From the human T2T-CHM13v2.0 reference genome, Homo sapiens, in NCBI RefSeq assembly GCF_009914755.1, contig NC_060928.1: a DNA stretch of 64,000 nt; one strand, given 5' to 3'. A model generated the notes under the pieces. That model saw nothing but the letters and a program-made list of their open reading frames with translations, was not told the origin of the DNA and did not search any database. The translations under genes and the position numbers were made by a program. Below are positions 1 through 13,782 of the stretch, piece by piece. Numbering within the stretch: the first letter of the stretch is position 1; every line of letters starts with the position of its first letter.

Positions 1-179
1 ATTTAAACACCTACCAAGAGAATTGAGTGAAATAAATTATAATACTTCTATGCAGTTAGATATTATATTGCAATTGAAAATAATATATGTTTATATTTAT
101 TGACACAAAAAGATGTCCAAAAAACTTAATCAGTGGGATAGAGAAGAAGAAGTTACAAAACAATATGTAGTGTTCGCTT

Positions 180-447
180 TTTGTTTTAAAACAGCCTGGC
201 TTCCTAGGCTGGAGTGAAGTAGCAATAATCATTGTTTACTACAGCTTTGAAGTGCTGGGCTCAAGCAACCACCCCGAGGTGGGACTACAGGAATGAGATG
301 CCACAACCAGCTAATTACTTATTTATTTATTTTTGTTTTATTTATTTATTTTTGAGACAGAGTGTCGCTCTGTCTCAAAACAGAGAGCCTGTTGCCCAGG
401 CTGGAGTGCAGTAGTGTGATCTCAGCTCACTGCAACCTCCATCTCCT
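180..447 (-). mobile_element. Old Alu right-arm remnant (180-318) followed by a 5'-truncated younger Alu (319-447)
   Basis: Antisense Alu motifs (ggctggagtg, gggactacagg, ccagctaatt), then a (TTTA)n tail and ttttgagacagag...gctcactgcaacctcc ending abruptly at the L1. Confidence 0.75.
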
Positions 448-1075
448 CGGTGTGGCCACACTGCTTCTTAAAGTGGGTCCCCAGTCCTGTTCCTCCTCAC
501 TGGGCAGGACCTCCCAAATGGGGCCTCCAGCCACCCCCACCGATGTTTTCTGGCTGCTAGAGATTTGAAAATTTCCTGGGACAGACCTCCCAGAGGGAGG
601 GGTGGGCTGCCATCTTTACTGTTTGGGCAACTTAGCCATTCCAGCCTCCAGGCTTTCGAGAGCCCAAGCCAGTCATGGGTGGAAGCAGTACCCCAGCACA
701 GCATGGCTGCTCTATGAAAGTGGCCAGACTGCTTCTTTAAGCAAGTCTCTAATCCTATTCTTCCCAGCTGGGTGATACCTCCCAACTGGGGTCTCCAGTC
801 ACCTCCTACAGGTGTGTTTGGGCCAGCAACTGGTCTGTACCGCCCTGGGACAGAGCTCCCAGAGGAAGGGTCAGGCTAGCATCTTTGCTGTTTTGCAGTC
901 TTCACTGGTGATACCTATAGGGTACTAGAAGATCTGAGGTGACTAGGTACTGGAGTGAATCCCCAGCAAACTGCAGCAGCCCTACAGTAAAGTGGCCAGA
1001 CTGTTAAAAAAAAAAAAAAACCCAAATGTCAAAAGGTCAGCAACCTCAAAGATTGAAGGTAGATAAGTCCACAAA

Positions 1076-2158
1076 ATGAGACAGTATCAGCACAAGAACA
1101 CTGAAAATTCAAAAAGCCAGAGAGCCTTCTTTCCTCCAAATGACTGCAAGGGTTCAGAGCTGGGTTCATAACTGGGCTGAGGTTGAGATGGCTAAAATGA
1201 CAGAAGTAGAATTCAGAATATGGATTACAAACAAACTTCACTGAGCTAAAGAATCACATTGTAACCCAATGCAAGGAAGCTAAAAATCATGATAAAACAT
1301 TGCAGGAGCTGACAGATAAAACAGCCAGTACGGAGAAGAATGTAATCAACCTGATAGAGCTGAAAAACATGATATAAGAATTTCATAATGCAATCACGAG
1401 TACTAACGGCAGAATAGACCAAGCAGAGGAAAGAATCTCAGAGCTTGAAGACTGTCTTTCTGAAATAAGAAAGGCAGACAAGAATAGAGAAAAAAGAATG
1501 CAAAGGAATGAACAAAGCATCCAAGAAATATGGGATTATGTAAAGAAACTAAATCTATGGCTGATTGGTGTACTTGAAAGAGATGGGGAGAATGAAACCA
1601 ATTTGGAAAGCATATTTCAGGATATTATCCACGAGAACTTAAACTAGCTAGACAGGTCACCATTCAAATTCAGGAAATGCAGAGAAGCTCAGTGACATAC
1701 TCCACAAGAAGACCACCCCCAAGACACATAATCATCAGGTTCTCCAAGGTCAAAAGAAAGAAAAAATGTTAAGGACAGCTACAGAGAAAGGCCAGGTCAT
1801 CTATAAAGAAAAGCCCATCAGATTAATAGTGCACCCCTCAACAGAAACTCTACAAGCCAGAAGAAACTGGGGGCCAATATTCAACACTCTTAAAGAAAAG
1901 AATTTCCAACCCAGAATTTCATATCCAGCCAAACTAAGCTTCATAAGTGAAGGAGAAATAAAATTCTTTTCAGACAAGCAAATGCTGAGGGAATTCATTA
2001 CCACCAGATCTGCCTTACAAGAGCTCCTGAAGGAAGGACTAAATATGGAAAGGAAAGACCATTACCAGCCACTACAAAAATACCATGAAGTACACAGACC
2101 AGTGACACTAGAAAGCAACCACATAAAAAGTCTGCAAAATAACCAGCTAACTTCATGA
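1076..2158 (+). pseudogene. L1 ORF1 (RNA-binding protein) remnant, disrupted
   Basis: ATG at 1076; ORF 1766-2158 encodes the ORF1p C-terminal motifs ETLQARRNWGPIF, NFQPRISYPAKLSF and LREFITTR; upstream stops and frameshifts. Confidence 0.9.
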
Positions 2159-2236
2159 TGACAAGATCAAATCCACACAAAGCAATACAAACCTTAAATG
2201 TAAATGGGCTAAATACCCCAATTAAAAGATACAGAG

Positions 2237-2517
2237 GGCTGGGCGTGGTGGCTCACGCCTGTAATCCCAACGCTTTGGGAGGCCAAGGCAGGCAGATTAC
2301 CTGAGGTCAGGAGTTCAAGGCCAGCCTGGTCAACATGGCAAAACCCCATCACTACTAAAAATACAAAAATTAGCTGGGGCAGTGGTACATACCTGTAATC
2401 CTAGCTACTTGGGAGGCTGAGGCAGGAGGATTGTTTGAGCCTGGGAGGCAGAGGTTGTGGTGAGCTGAGATCACGCCACTGCACTCAAGCAAGACTTCGT
2501 CTTTAAAAAAAAAAAAA
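2237..2517 (+). mobile_element. AluS inserted in the L1 ORF2 endonuclease region
   Basis: Dimeric Alu with A tail; TSD AAAAGA(T/C)ACAGAG on both sides. Confidence 0.95.
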
Positions 2518-4889
2518 GACACAGAGTGGCAAGCTGGATAAAGAACCAAGACCCAATGGCATGCTGTCCTCAAGAGGCCCATCTCACATGCAGTGACACA
2601 CATAGGCTCAAAATACAGGGATGGAGGAAAATCTACCAAGCAAATGGAAAGACAGAAAAAAGCAGGTGTTACAATCCTAGTTTCTGAGAAAACAGACTTT
2701 AAACCAATAAAGATTAAAAACAAAAAGACAAAGAAGAGCATTACATAATGATAAAGGATTCAATTCACCAAGAGGAGCTAACTATTCTAAATACATGTGC
2801 CCCAATATAGGATCACCCAGATTCATAAAGCAAGTTCTTAGAGACCTACAAAGAGACTTAGACTCCCACATAATAATAGTGGGAGACTTTAAACCACACT
2901 GACAATATTAGACAGATCATCGAGACAGAAAATTAACAAAGATATTCAGGAGCTGAACTCAGCCCTAGATCAAATGGACTTGATAGATATCTACAGATCT
3001 CTCTACCCTAAAACAACAGTATGTACATTCTTCTCAGTGCCACATGGCACTTAATCTAAAATTGATCACATAATTGGAGGTAAAATATTCCTGCACAATT
3101 GCAAAAGAATTGAAATCATAACAGTCTGTTGAACCACAGAACAATCAAATTAGAACTCAAGACTAAGAAATTCTCTCAAAACCATGCAATTAAGTAGAAA
3201 TTGAATAAGCTGCTCCTGAAGGACTTTTGGGTAAGTAATGAAATTAAGGCAGAAATAAAAAAGTTCTTTGAACTAATGAGAACAAAGATACAACATACCA
3301 GAATCTTGGGGACATAGCTATGGCGGTGTTAAGAGGGAAATACATAGCACTAAATGCCCACATAAAAAATTAGAAAGATCTCAAGTTAACAACCTAACAT
3401 CACAACTAAAAGAACTAGGGAACCAAGAGCAAACAAAGCCTAAGGCTAGCAGAAGACAAGAAATAATGAAAATCAGAGCTAAGCTGAAGGAGATAGAGAC
3501 ACAAAAAACCGTTCAAAAGATCAACAAATCTAGGAGCTGGTTTCTTGAAAAATTAATAAAATAGACTGCTAGCTAGACTAATAAAGAAGAAAAGAGAGAA
3601 AATTCAAATAAACACAATCAGAAATTATAAGGGGATATTACCACTCAAACCACAGAAATACAAACAACCATCAGAGAATATTATAAATACCTCCATGCAC
3701 ATAAACTAGAAAATCTAGAAGAAATGGATAAATTCCTGGACACATACACCCTCTCAAGACTGAACCAGGAAGACATTAAATCCCTGAAGTTCTGAAATCG
3801 AGGCAGTAATAAATAGCTTACCAACCAAAAAAAAAGCTTGGGACCACATGAATTCACAGCTGAATTCTACCAGCTATACAAAGAAGAACTGTTATCATAC
3901 CAACTGAACTTATTCCAAAAAATTGAAATAAAACTAACTCATCCTATGAGGCCAGCATCGTCCTGATACCAAAACCTGGCAGAGATACAACAAAAAAAGA
4001 AAACTTCAGGCCAATATCCTTGATGAACAGCAAAGCAAAAATCCTCAACAAAATGCTGGCAAACCAAATCCAGCAGCACATCAAAAACCTTATTCACCAC
4101 AATCAAATAGGTTTCACCCCCGGGATGCAAGGTTGGTTCAACATACACTACTCAATAATCAATAAATGTGATTCATCACATAAACAGACCTAAAGACAAA
4201 ATCCACATGATTATTTCAATAGATGCAGAAAAGGCTTTAGATAAAATTCAACATCGCTTCATGTTAAAAACTCTCAATAAATTAGGTATTGAAGGAACAT
4301 ACTTCAAAATAATAAGAGCTGTATATGACAAACCCACAGCCAACATCATACTGAATGGCCAAAAGCTGGAAGCATTCCCCTTGAAAACCGGCACGAGACA
4401 AGGATGTCCTCTCTCACCACTATTCAGCATTGTATTGAAAGTTCTAGCCAAGTCAATCAGCCAAGAGAACGAAATAAAGGGCATTCAAATAAGGAGAGAG
4501 GAAGTCAACCTGTCCCTGTTTGCAGACGACATAATCCTATATATAGAAAACCCCAGTCTCGGCCCAAAAGCTTCTTAAGCTGATAAGCAACTTCAGCAAA
4601 GTCTCAAGATATAAAATTAATGTGCAAAAATTGCTAGCAATTCTATACACCAACAACAGTCAAACTGACAGCCAAATCATAAACAAACTCCCATTCACAA
4701 TTGCCACAAAAAGAATAAAATACAGCTAACAAGAGAGGTGAAAGATCTCTACAAGGAGAACTACACTCCACTGCTCAAATAAATCAGAAATGACACAAAC
4801 AAATGGAAAAACGTTCCATGCTCATAGATAGGAAGAATCAATATCATTAAAATGGTCATACTGCTCAAAGCAATTTGTAGATTCAATGC

Positions 4890-5256
4890 TGATACGGTTT
4901 GGCTGTGTCCTCACCTAAATCTCATCTTGAATTGTAGCTCCCATAATTCCCACGTGTCATGGGAGGGACACAGTGGGAGGTAATTGAATCATGGGGGTGG
5001 GACTTTCCCATGCTGTTCTTGTGATAGTGAAAAGTTTCACAAGATCTGATGATTTTATTAAGGGGAGTTCCCCTACACAAGCTCTCTTGTCTGCTGCCAT
5101 GTAACACGTGCCTTTACTTCTCCTTTGCCTTCCACCATGATTGTGGTGCTGAACTCCCCAGCCATGCTGAACTGTGAGTCCATTAAACCTCTTTCCTTTA
5201 TAAATTACCTAGTCTCAGGTATGTCTTTATTAGCAGTGTGAGAATAGACTAATGCA
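4890..5256 (+). mobile_element. THE1 (MaLR) solo LTR inserted in L1 ORF2
   Basis: tgatacggtttggctgtgtcc...gagaatagactaatgca; 5-bp TSD AATGC at 4885-4889 and 5257-5261. Confidence 0.93.
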
Positions 5257-6865
5257 AATGCTATTCCTATTAAACTACCATTGACATCCTTCACAGAACT
5301 AGAAAAAACTATTTTAAAATTCATATGGAACCAAAAAGAGCCTGAAAAACCAAGGCAATCCTAAGGAAAAAAAAAACAAAGTTGGAGGCATTACACTACC
5401 TGACTTCAAACTATACTACAGGGCTACAGCAACCAAAACAGGTACAAGAACAGACACATCGACCAGTGGAACAGAATAGAGGATCTAGAAATAAGGCCGC
5501 ACACCTACAACCATCTGATCTTTGACAAAACCAACAGAAACAAGCAATGGGGAAAGGATTCCCTGTCAATAAATGGTGTGGGGATTACTGGCTAGCCACA
5601 TGCAGAAGATTAAAACTGGACCCCTCTTCATGCCATATACAAAAATTAATTCAAGATGGATTAAAAACTTAAAAGTAAAACCCAAAATTATGAAAATCCT
5701 GGAAGACAACCTAGGCATACCATTCAGGACATAGTCACAGGCAAAGATTTCATGAAGATGCAAAAAGCAATTGCAACAAAAGCAAAAATTGACAAATGGG
5801 ATCTAATTAAACAAAAGAGCTTCCGCACAGCAAAAGAAACTATCAACAGAGTAGATAGACATCCTACACAATAGAAGAAAATATTTGCAAACTTTGCATC
5901 TGACAAAGGTCTAATATCCAGCATCTATAAGAAACTTAAATTTACAAGAAAAAACAACAACCCAATTAACAAGTAGGCAAAGGACATGAACAGACACTTC
6001 TCAAAAGAAGACATACATGCAGTCAACAATCATATGGAGAAAAGCTCTGATCATTAGAGAAATGCAAATCAAAACCATGATGAGATACATCTCACACCAG
6101 TCAGAATGGCTATTATTAAAAAGTCAAAAACAATAGATGCTGGCAAGGTTGCTGAGGAAAAGGAATGCTTATACACTGTTGTTGGGAGCGTAAATTAGTT
6201 CAACCATTGTGGAAGACAGTGTGGCAATTCCTCAAAGACCTAAAGACAGAAATACCATTCAGCCCAGCAATCCCATTACTGGGTATATACCCAAGGGAAT
6301 ATAAATCGTTCTATTATGAAGACACATACATGTGTATGTTCACTGCAGCACTATTCACAATGCCAAAGACATGGAATCAACCTAAATGCCCATCGATGAT
6401 AGACTGGATAAAGAAAATGTGATACATATACACCATGGAATACTATGCAGCCATAAAAAAGAATGATATTATGTCCTTTGCAGGGACATGGATGGAGCTG
6501 GAGGCCATCATCCTTAGCAAACTAGCACAGGGACAGAAAACCAAATACCACATGTTTTCACTTACAAGTGGGAGATAAAATGATGAGGATACATGGACAC
6601 ATAGAGGGGAACCACACACACAGGCCTATTGGAGAGTGGAGGGTGGGAGGAGGGAGAGGATCAGGAAAAATAACTAATGAGTACCAGGCTTAATACCTGG
6701 GCAATGAAATAATCTGCACAACAAACCCCCATGACACTTGTTTACCTATGTAACAAACCTGCACATGGATCCCTGAATTTAAAAGTTAAAAAAAAATACT
6801 CAGCAAAGTACTTAATAATTCTATCCCCAAGACAATCTCTATTAAAAATTTAATAGATATACTGA

Positions 6866-7137
6866 CATCACGGGGGTGGTTTCTAATGGTTTAGTACCAT
6901 CCCCCTAGTGCTGCTTGTTTAAAAATGTGTTAGCACCTCCTCCCCCAACCCCACCCCTTGCCATTCACGTGAAGATGTGCCTGCTTCCCCTTCACCTTCT
7001 GCCATGATTGTAAGTTTCCTGAGGCCTCCTCAGAAGCAGAAGCCTGTATCGTCCATAGAACCATGAGATGATTAAACCTCTTTTCTTTATAAATTACCCA
7101 GTATATCTTTATAGTAGTGTGAGAACGGACTAATACA
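6866..7137 (+). mobile_element. MST-type MaLR LTR, partial
   Basis: gccatgattgtaagtttcctgaggcctcc, attaaacctcttttctttataaattacccag, gagaacggactaataca. Confidence 0.8.
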
Positions 7138-8302
7138 CAATTTGTTTTATGTATATGTGATTTTATGTATATATGATTTTACCCTTACACAATTTGTTTT
7201 ATGTATATATGATTTTGTTTCAAAAATGGCATCATATCAAAATTTTTTTCAGATTAGCAGATTCCTCTCCTTAACCTTCTGATTAAGAAAATGCAGAGTA
7301 TCAGTTTTCTTCAAGATTCTTCCTGCTTCTTTCACAGATTAGACCAGGCATTTATTTGCTTTTCATTTCATTCAACTCCACCCATAAATCCTCAATTTTT
7401 CAGGTCCTTTTATTATAAGGAGGCAATAATTCATGTTCACTTGGCTTGTCTGTCCAGACTTGCGTGTCTGTCTGACTCATGCCTTTCACCCAGTCTTGGT
7501 TGGGCTGACTTTGAGCCTTCTCATTACTGGGCTTATATGGTCCTAATTACACGTTACTGGGGTACACACAGAAATCACCAATTAGTTTTTTACTTTAAAC
7601 AGATCACTTACCTCTCTGGGGTAAGTGATTCATGCAATTGTTTTCCAATCGACTTTTTAGCATCTTTTGCACACCTAACCAAATGTTGGGAATTCTACAA
7701 TTAATATGACCCAGCCCTGCCTTCCAGGAATAATAGGGAAAAGCAGAGAGGCAAATAACCACAGATAGGTAAAAGTCCATGTAAATGAAGAGAAAAAGAC
7801 AGCCTTGAAAGAGTATGACCACAGGTTTGCCAAATCCCTTTTAAACTCTAAAAATATACCACTCCAATGGAAAGAAAGTAATTTTTTCATGATCTGAGGT
7901 ACTGTATTTAGATTTCCTCCTCAAAAACACTGAAAAATAGGGATGGAACTTGGAAATATGTAATGTGGGTTGACTCATATATTCCCCAAAATACAAGCCT
8001 CCCAAGGTGGTCTGGAATTGCCACCAACATTTGGACAGCAGGGGTGGGGATGTTCCTGTCAGTGTCTGCCACATGGGAGAGTTTCATGAATATTTGGTGA
8101 ATTAACTAGTAAATAATTAGCAGACATAACAGACCAAAGTAGAGGAAACTGTATAGCTTTTTTTTGTTGGTATGGATTTGGCAAAGGCTAAGACATGGGA
8201 AATGTGACTCTGGGGACAACAGTGGAGCATGAATTCCTTGGGACATGAACTTGGGCCGTTATTCATCCTGCTGTGTTTCCAAAGCTGATTTTCCAGCAAA
8301 AC

Positions 8303-8344
<42 letters not shown>
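8303..8344 (+). repeat. (AAT)n microsatellite
   Basis: About 14 perfect AAT units. Confidence 0.95.
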
Positions 8345-8346
<2 letters not shown>

Positions 8347-9269
8347 CAACAACTTAGCAAGCTTGGAGATAAGTTACCAGAACTCATAGAGTTACAGATT
8401 AATGCTTCGGCCTACAACAAAGTGAAACATTTTTCAAACATAGAATATGCATTTACCATTAAGCAGGCCTACCACAATTCTATGTAGACATTTAAATTTT
8501 GGCAAATCATTTACGATGTCTGTAAGTTTCAGACATGTGTAAGAAGGAGCAATGACAGACTTCTCTGTGGTATGCATTGCCTGCTTCAGTCAGTCCAGTG
8601 ACATTCTGGGCTTCCAGGTGTGGCAATCAAGCAGGAAGTGTGCTGGGAGGGTCACAGCATAAGGCAGCTGCCCGGGGAGCAGATTCAAAGCACAGCTGTT
8701 TGGCTCAGAGAACAGCAGATAGGAAGAACACTTCTGCCTGCTACAGAAATCAGCTGGGATATCTGCTATTCTTGCAAATTGGTCTATATTAAATACGTAA
8801 TTCAGAAACTAAAATTAAAACTAAAACGAAGCCACAATTTCTGGAGCAATCTTCAAACATTCCAGTCATAGCAGCACTTCTTTTAATACAGCCAGCTATC
8901 TTTTGAGGCTAAAAAGGAATTTCCTCTAAGCAGAAAAGTCTGAAGAGAGTTCTTCAAAGATCCTTGAGGGGAGCTCATCTGATAGCAGGAAAGGAAAGTT
9001 CAAGATGCCTCAGAGACTACATGTATGGAAAAATACTTTACACTGTCAAGGGGAGAGGAGGTCATCTTAGATGATACATGAGAATGCAGTATCTAGGTAG
9101 AAATCCTGCTCAAAACTAAAAGAAGAGTATGTAAAGCTATAACCTTGTAAAATAAGGACTCAAGAATGTGTGTGTGTGTGTGTATGTAATACATTATATA
9201 TATGATTGCACATATATTAAAGGCAGGGGTGATGTCCAAAATATTTAACAACTGCTGTAACAATATACA

Positions 9270-9378
9270 GTGATCAATGGCCTTAGTTTGTCTGGAACTA
9301 AGGGCTTTTCTGGGACATGGGAATCTCAGTGTTAAAACTGGGACACTCCTGGGCAAATTGGGATGGTTGCTCACCCCA
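9270..9378 (-). mobile_element. MER94-like hAT DNA transposon fragment
   Basis: ctgggacatggga...gtgttaaaactgggacactcctgggcaaattgggatggttgctcaccc. Confidence 0.55.
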
Positions 9379-10007
9379 GGCACTAATCAACTGCAATACA
9401 TGCTAGCAATACACAACCAATGTGGCCTTAATAACAACACACCTGATCTCTCATCCTTAATACCTGAGGATGTTTGTACAGGATAAGCCCTGGGAACCAT
9501 GCAGTCTTGCATTTCTCCAAATTGCTCATGCATTTGCCTGCCTCTGTGCCTTTGCACACACTGTTCCCTCCACCTAGAAAATCCTTTCCTGACTTGGCCA
9601 ACCCCTGTCACTTCCTGCAAGAAGACTTCCTGGCCCTTCAAAAACTATATTAGGCACCTCCCTGAAGGTCATCCCTAGGACTCTGTATTTACTCCTATAT
9701 TTAGAATTTTGGAGGAAAAGATAAAGCGGAAACATAAATCCAAAGAAGCAAGACTATGAATCCCAATTCATTTATGAATGAGGATGAGTGGGAGAGCAAC
9801 TCCCCAAATTCGGAATCAAAGTAATTCAGTGACAGTTGGTAATGTTCTCCAGGAGGCCACTAAAGCTACTACGGTCTTTTGTTCATGCTGCCAGACCCTC
9901 CAGGCAGAGTAGAAAAGAATCTGAACCTGATGATTTTAGGCACAATAATGAAGACGAGATTTTCTGCAGGTGTTAACCAGAGTTCTGCTAATTAAAGAAT
10001 TTCCTCT

Positions 10008-10089
10008 CCTCAAGTGATCCGCCTGCCTCGGCCTCCCAAAGTGCTGGGATTATAGGCGTGAGCCACCATGCCGGGCTCACAGTCAACTT
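10008..10089 (-). repeat. Alu 5'-end fragment plus 12 bp of flank, a copy of 11826-11907
   Basis: 77/82 identity by eye, including non-Alu CACAGTCAACTT. Confidence 0.85.
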
Positions 10090-11454
10090 GAGTTTGGCCA
10101 TGAGCCAGATGAGGCATGGGTGTGAACTCAGGTGGAACCAGGTCAGGAATGGGGGAACACCCAAGGGACTGCATCAGTTAGGGCTTCGGCAGGAAATAAG
10201 TGGCATGCTCGTAACAGGAAAATTGAAGGAAATTTTAATAAAAACGAGAGATCACAAGGGGTTAGTGAAATCTCTGGGGCTGGTAGAGCAGGTGTTACCA
10301 CCCCAAGGCCTGAAGTGGAGTAAGGGAGGGAGTGGTTACCAGAACCCAACAACAGGAAGGGCTGCCTGGGAAGGGCCATATGACAAGAGCTTGACACTAT
10401 GGGGGCAGGACTCAGCCAGCAGGCCGTGACATGCAGAGGCAGTCTGTGTGTTAGTTAATGGTATACAGTAGGTGCTCAATAAGTGTTTGTATTAATGTTC
10501 CTGTTATCATTATTACTGCTTTTTGATACACATTATATATTCCATGACATCTGATGTTTTCCCATTGAAGAGGCTGAAGTGTCAAGGGAATAAGGGAAAA
10601 GTAAAGGAAGGAGGCTTCTTCATTACATTCTCTCCAGCACCAAGAGAAGACAGTCCCTGGAGATGTTAAGAAACAGAGGCTACTGTGGCAGCCAAGAAAC
10701 CCAGAATGCCAGAGACAGCAGAGGGATATCTGCAGGAGAGATGGTAAGGCCAAACTTCTGGATTGCCTCATGTTGTTTAAAACATCCGCCCCTAGGAAAG
10801 GGTTGGGAGGCTCACAAATTCCTGTTATACTTAAAAGAGGAAATAGACCAGAAAGGTGAAATTGAGTTTATGTAAAACAATGTATGTATTACACAGAGAA
10901 ATGAAAACTCTTCAGTAATTCATTGGCGATCTTAGCACATGTCTCAGAAAGCAGAGAAAACTGGTTACCTCCAACAACTGCAAAAAGTCATGGTCTGCAT
11001 AAACTTTGTCCTGTATAATTGGCCACAACATAAGAGCATTTGCAGAAATTGATGCTGTTCAAGTGTCCCCTATATTTGGGAAGCCAGGATTTTGTCCTCT
11101 CTACCCCCAATAAGTATAATCTTTTATAATAAAAATTTATATTTTGACAACCTGACATAGCTATGTTTAAAATCAAAAATTAGTAATGGCAAGTTAATAG
11201 AATTCTGTGGATCCATGAGTCACAAAGTTCAGCATCAAATAAGAACACAGAAACAGAGAATGCAGAACACAATTTCTGCCAGGGGAGTAGGAATGAGTTG
11301 AGGGCAAACAAGGGACTAACACCAAGAACACGTAAGATAGAATCCCTCGGCTTAACATTTCAGTCTTAGATTACCTTGACTGTTTTGATTCAAGAAACTT
11401 GAATAGATATTGATAGGTTGTGGAATCCTTTTTTTCTGTCACTTAGTTTTAGAT

Positions 11455-12430
<976 letters not shown>

Positions 12431-13291
12431 CCATGACTCCATTTTTCTTACTTCCCTTAGGACTGTTAAAAAGTTAGTCAACTTAATATCCAAGTGAAAG
12501 CACAAAATACTGGGGTGGTCTATACACAGTCACAACCACGAATAATTCTCAGAATAATTCCGCTTTCACTTTCCTATCCATTCCCAAAAGTATACTGACC
12601 TTCTACAGCAAGTCACAGCAAATCTTGAGCAGATTCACGTAAGAACTCTGTAGTCCTTTGTAGTAGCTCTGTGAAATGCAAACACCTTATGTATTTTATC
12701 TTCAAAAAGGAAGTGAGATAGATAGGAAGGGCATGACTGTCTCCATGAAGCAGATGGAAAAACAAAAACACAGGCAAATTAACTTCACTTGCCTTAAGAC
12801 ACATCTAAGTGGTGATGTCAGAGAGAGTATCACATATTTCAATCTCTTCCCTCAAGGAAGTTATAATTGAGTAGGAATTATAAGGTCTTACTAAGATCAT
12901 ACATGATAACAGTACAAGCTGCATGTGCTATGAGTCAAATGAATGACAAGCCAAAATGTAATAAGAGCACGGTAAAATGTGAGAGCAGCGGGATAAGCGT
13001 GTACTGGGGAGGATGAAGGAAGATATAAGGAAGATCTCCTGAAGGAGAAGAAAAGGTGGCACCAGAACTGAGCTTCAGAGGATGCATAGGAGTTTGAGAG
13101 TTTGACTCAGACTAAGTTGAGAGAAGACACTCCTGGCCTACAGAGCAACAAAACCAATGACTTCGAAAATGCAAGCAGAGCCAAGGAACAATGGGTAGTC
13201 CAATCTGAGTGGAAAATATTCCCTTAAATTTAGCTGAGTAGTAACAGGTTGTGAGATTGGTTATAGATGACAGATTAAAGAATCTGGTCTT

Positions 13292-13611
13292 GGCCAGGCA
13301 TAGTGGCTCATGCCTGTAATTCTAGCACTTTCGGAGGCCAAAGCAGGCAGATCAACTGATGTCAGGGGTTCAAGACCAGCCTGGCCAACATGGTGAAACC
13401 CCATCTCTACTAAAAATACAAAGACTAGCTGGGTGTGGTGGCTCATGCCCGTAATCCCAGCTACTCAGAAGGCTGAGGCAGGAGAATCAATTGAACCCAG
13501 GAAGCAGAGGTTGCAGTAAGCCAAGATTGCACCACTGTACTCCAGCCTGGGTGAAGGGGTGAGACTCTGAAGGGGTGAGACTGTCTCATTAAAAAAAAAA
13601 AAAAAAAAAAA
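13292..13611 (+). mobile_element. AluS with a 16-bp internal tandem duplication
   Basis: TSD AAAGAATCTGGTCTT; tgaaggggtgagact occurs twice at 13552-13583. Confidence 0.95.
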
Positions 13612-13782
13612 GAATCTGGTCTTTATTCAGTAGGCAGTAGAGAAACACTGGCAGAAATTTTAGCGAAGGATTTTCATAAACAATGTGGTGTTTTAATGAT
13701 ACTATTTTGGCAATGCTGTATAAAAAAAAGGTAAAAGGATAGGTAATGAAAGTGGAAACAGTAGATATAAGACTAGCAAAGT

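Larger units (their letters stand above)
2158..6578 (+). pseudogene. L1 ORF2 (endonuclease/reverse transcriptase) remnant, disrupted
   Basis: ORF 4168-4578 has [24 protein letters not shown] and LFADD (RT); ORF 6165-6422 has HCCWERKLVQPLWK (C-terminal Cys-rich region); many frameshifts plus Alu and THE1 insertions. Confidence 0.92.
449..6796 (+). mobile_element. Near-full-length degenerate LINE-1 (older L1PA, about L1PA10-13)
   Basis: 5'UTR with ~270-bp repeats; ORF1 and ORF2 remnants in order; 3'UTR (ggcttaatacctggg...aacaaacccccatgacac...aaaagttaaaaaaa) with poly-A ending at 6796. Confidence 0.95.

Noticed and set aside
449-6796. Potentially active reverse transcriptase system
   Set aside because: An ordinary dead L1: frameshifts, stops and nested Alu and THE1 insertions
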